Positions 62,801 to 64,000 of a stretch of DNA of 64,000 nucleotides are shown one piece after another. A program made the translations under genes and the position numbers. The stretch covers positions 1,736,001 through 1,800,000 of the forward strand of contig JAYWIR010000012.1 in assembly GCA_036172245.1 (NCBI GenBank), in the 5' to 3' direction. The first letter of the stretch is position 1; each line of letters opens with the position of its first letter. The stretch comes from Raillietiella orientalis (lineage: Eukaryota). Under the pieces are notes generated by a model. That model was not told the DNA's origin and ran no database searches. It worked only from the letters and a program-made list of their open reading frames with translations.

Positions 62801-64000
62801 TTATTTCGGGGATTGCATGAACGAATGCGAAGGAGGAAGGGGGAGGGGATTTTCCACAGCTTCTACCGTTCCCCCAGCTCGCCCTGCTCCTCGTTGCGGG
62901 CGAGGGTCTGGTTCGCCACCGGAGATCGGATAAGGGATGAGGGCCTCTGCGTACTCCGGGACTCGATCCCCCAAGCCTTACTCTCGGCACGGATGGGGAG
63001 ATGAGGCCTTTCGGTGCACACCTTTTACCTGCTCAAACTGGCGCCGCAACGGGCTTTAGCCTCAAGCAAGACTGCGGCTCGAACAAGGGGGGCTTCGGGA
63101 GAAATTTCCCGGTGCCGAGCAGATAACGGAAGCTCCGCAATCCCTGCGTGAGTCTTGCATTGCTGAGACGAGGACTTTTCTCTGAGGATGCACCGCCGGG
63201 GTTTGAACCCTTGACCACCCTCTCGCTCGGTAGGGGCATCTCGCCCTTCTTCGACAAGGGTCTTCTTGAGTTACTTTCGGTGATGCGTTGGAGCTGAAGG
63301 CTGACCTTAACTTTCTTCAGCTTCTGCAGGTCTGTTCTCAGTCGGTGGAAGGTTATCCTAGTTGTCCTAGCTCGTGCGTCCAACAGATGAATGTCCTTCG
63401 ACTACGCTGGATGATGGGCGATGAAAGGCCATCAGCGTGATGAGCTGGTCCTCGCAAGTGCCCCAGATTTCCAGCTCCTGGTGTGTGAATGCATAGCCAT
63501 GCTTACGAAACCTCCCCTCCGTGATCTCGCCATCTCCACCGAAACTCTTCCCAAGGATGCCCTGATCTCTGATTCCGATACGGGCTTAGCTAAGACAAGG
63601 GACGGCAAGGTTTCTGGAAAGGCATTCTGATGGCATTTGCTGCCTGCAAGAATCTGCTCAGAATGTGTTACACTCTGGTCAAACCCCATCCATGCACTCT
63701 CTTACAAATCCACGGTGGGAGGAGGATCTCCCACAGTTTCCTAGACTTTTTTTTTTTTTTTTTTTACTACTATTGCTCTCAAATGTGAGATCCAAATCAT
63801 TCTTTTCAATCCCAGAAGGCATTTACTATCGAATTCCCTGATAGGACATCTGTCGGGATACTTCCCTCGCGTGAGAGATCCTCTCGATGTGGCCGTATCG
63901 CCCCGCAGCCTGCATAAACGCTCTTTGGGGCCTCCATAAATATCCCTTGCTGTTCCTTCTCAGCCGTCAAGGATAGTCCACGGCTTGTGACGCACTTCGC

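Noticed and set aside
11524..63689. Numerous long overlapping ORFs rich in R/G/P/S/A in the GC-rich blocks (e.g. 43484..44428, 39712..40587, most of 54994..56121)
   Set aside because: Expected from stop-codon scarcity in GC-rich DNA; several frames are open at once and show no domain signatures. Only embedded exon parts were kept.

Overview
Eukaryotic (animal) genomic DNA; many 41-55 nt introns and a sto-2-like stomatin suggest a nematode, but this is inference. The window is a mosaic of AT-rich blocks (~1-11.5 kb, ~26.3-32.7 kb) and GC-rich blocks (~11.5-26.2 kb, ~32.8-63 kb). Four spliced protein genes are recognisable: a WSTF/BAZ1B(ACF1-family)-like chromatin factor (minus, runs off the left edge), CEP41 (minus), endophilin-B (plus, apparently BAR-only) and a stomatin/band-7 gene (minus, long GC-rich introns, candidate alternative first exons). 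There are three intact tRNA genes (2x Ala-AGC, 1x elongator Met). The most unusual structure is a ~12 kb cassette bounded by a near-perfect 2.8 kb inverted repeat (11739-14553 / 21010-23824). Each arm carries tRNA-Ala and a tRNA 3'-half fragment, and arms plus spacer hold several decayed paralogues of an ORF family I cannot assign; a probable further copy lies at ~56.6-57.0 kb. Most ORF-track entries in the GC-rich blocks look spurious. All alignments were done by eye and homologue peptides are quoted from memory.
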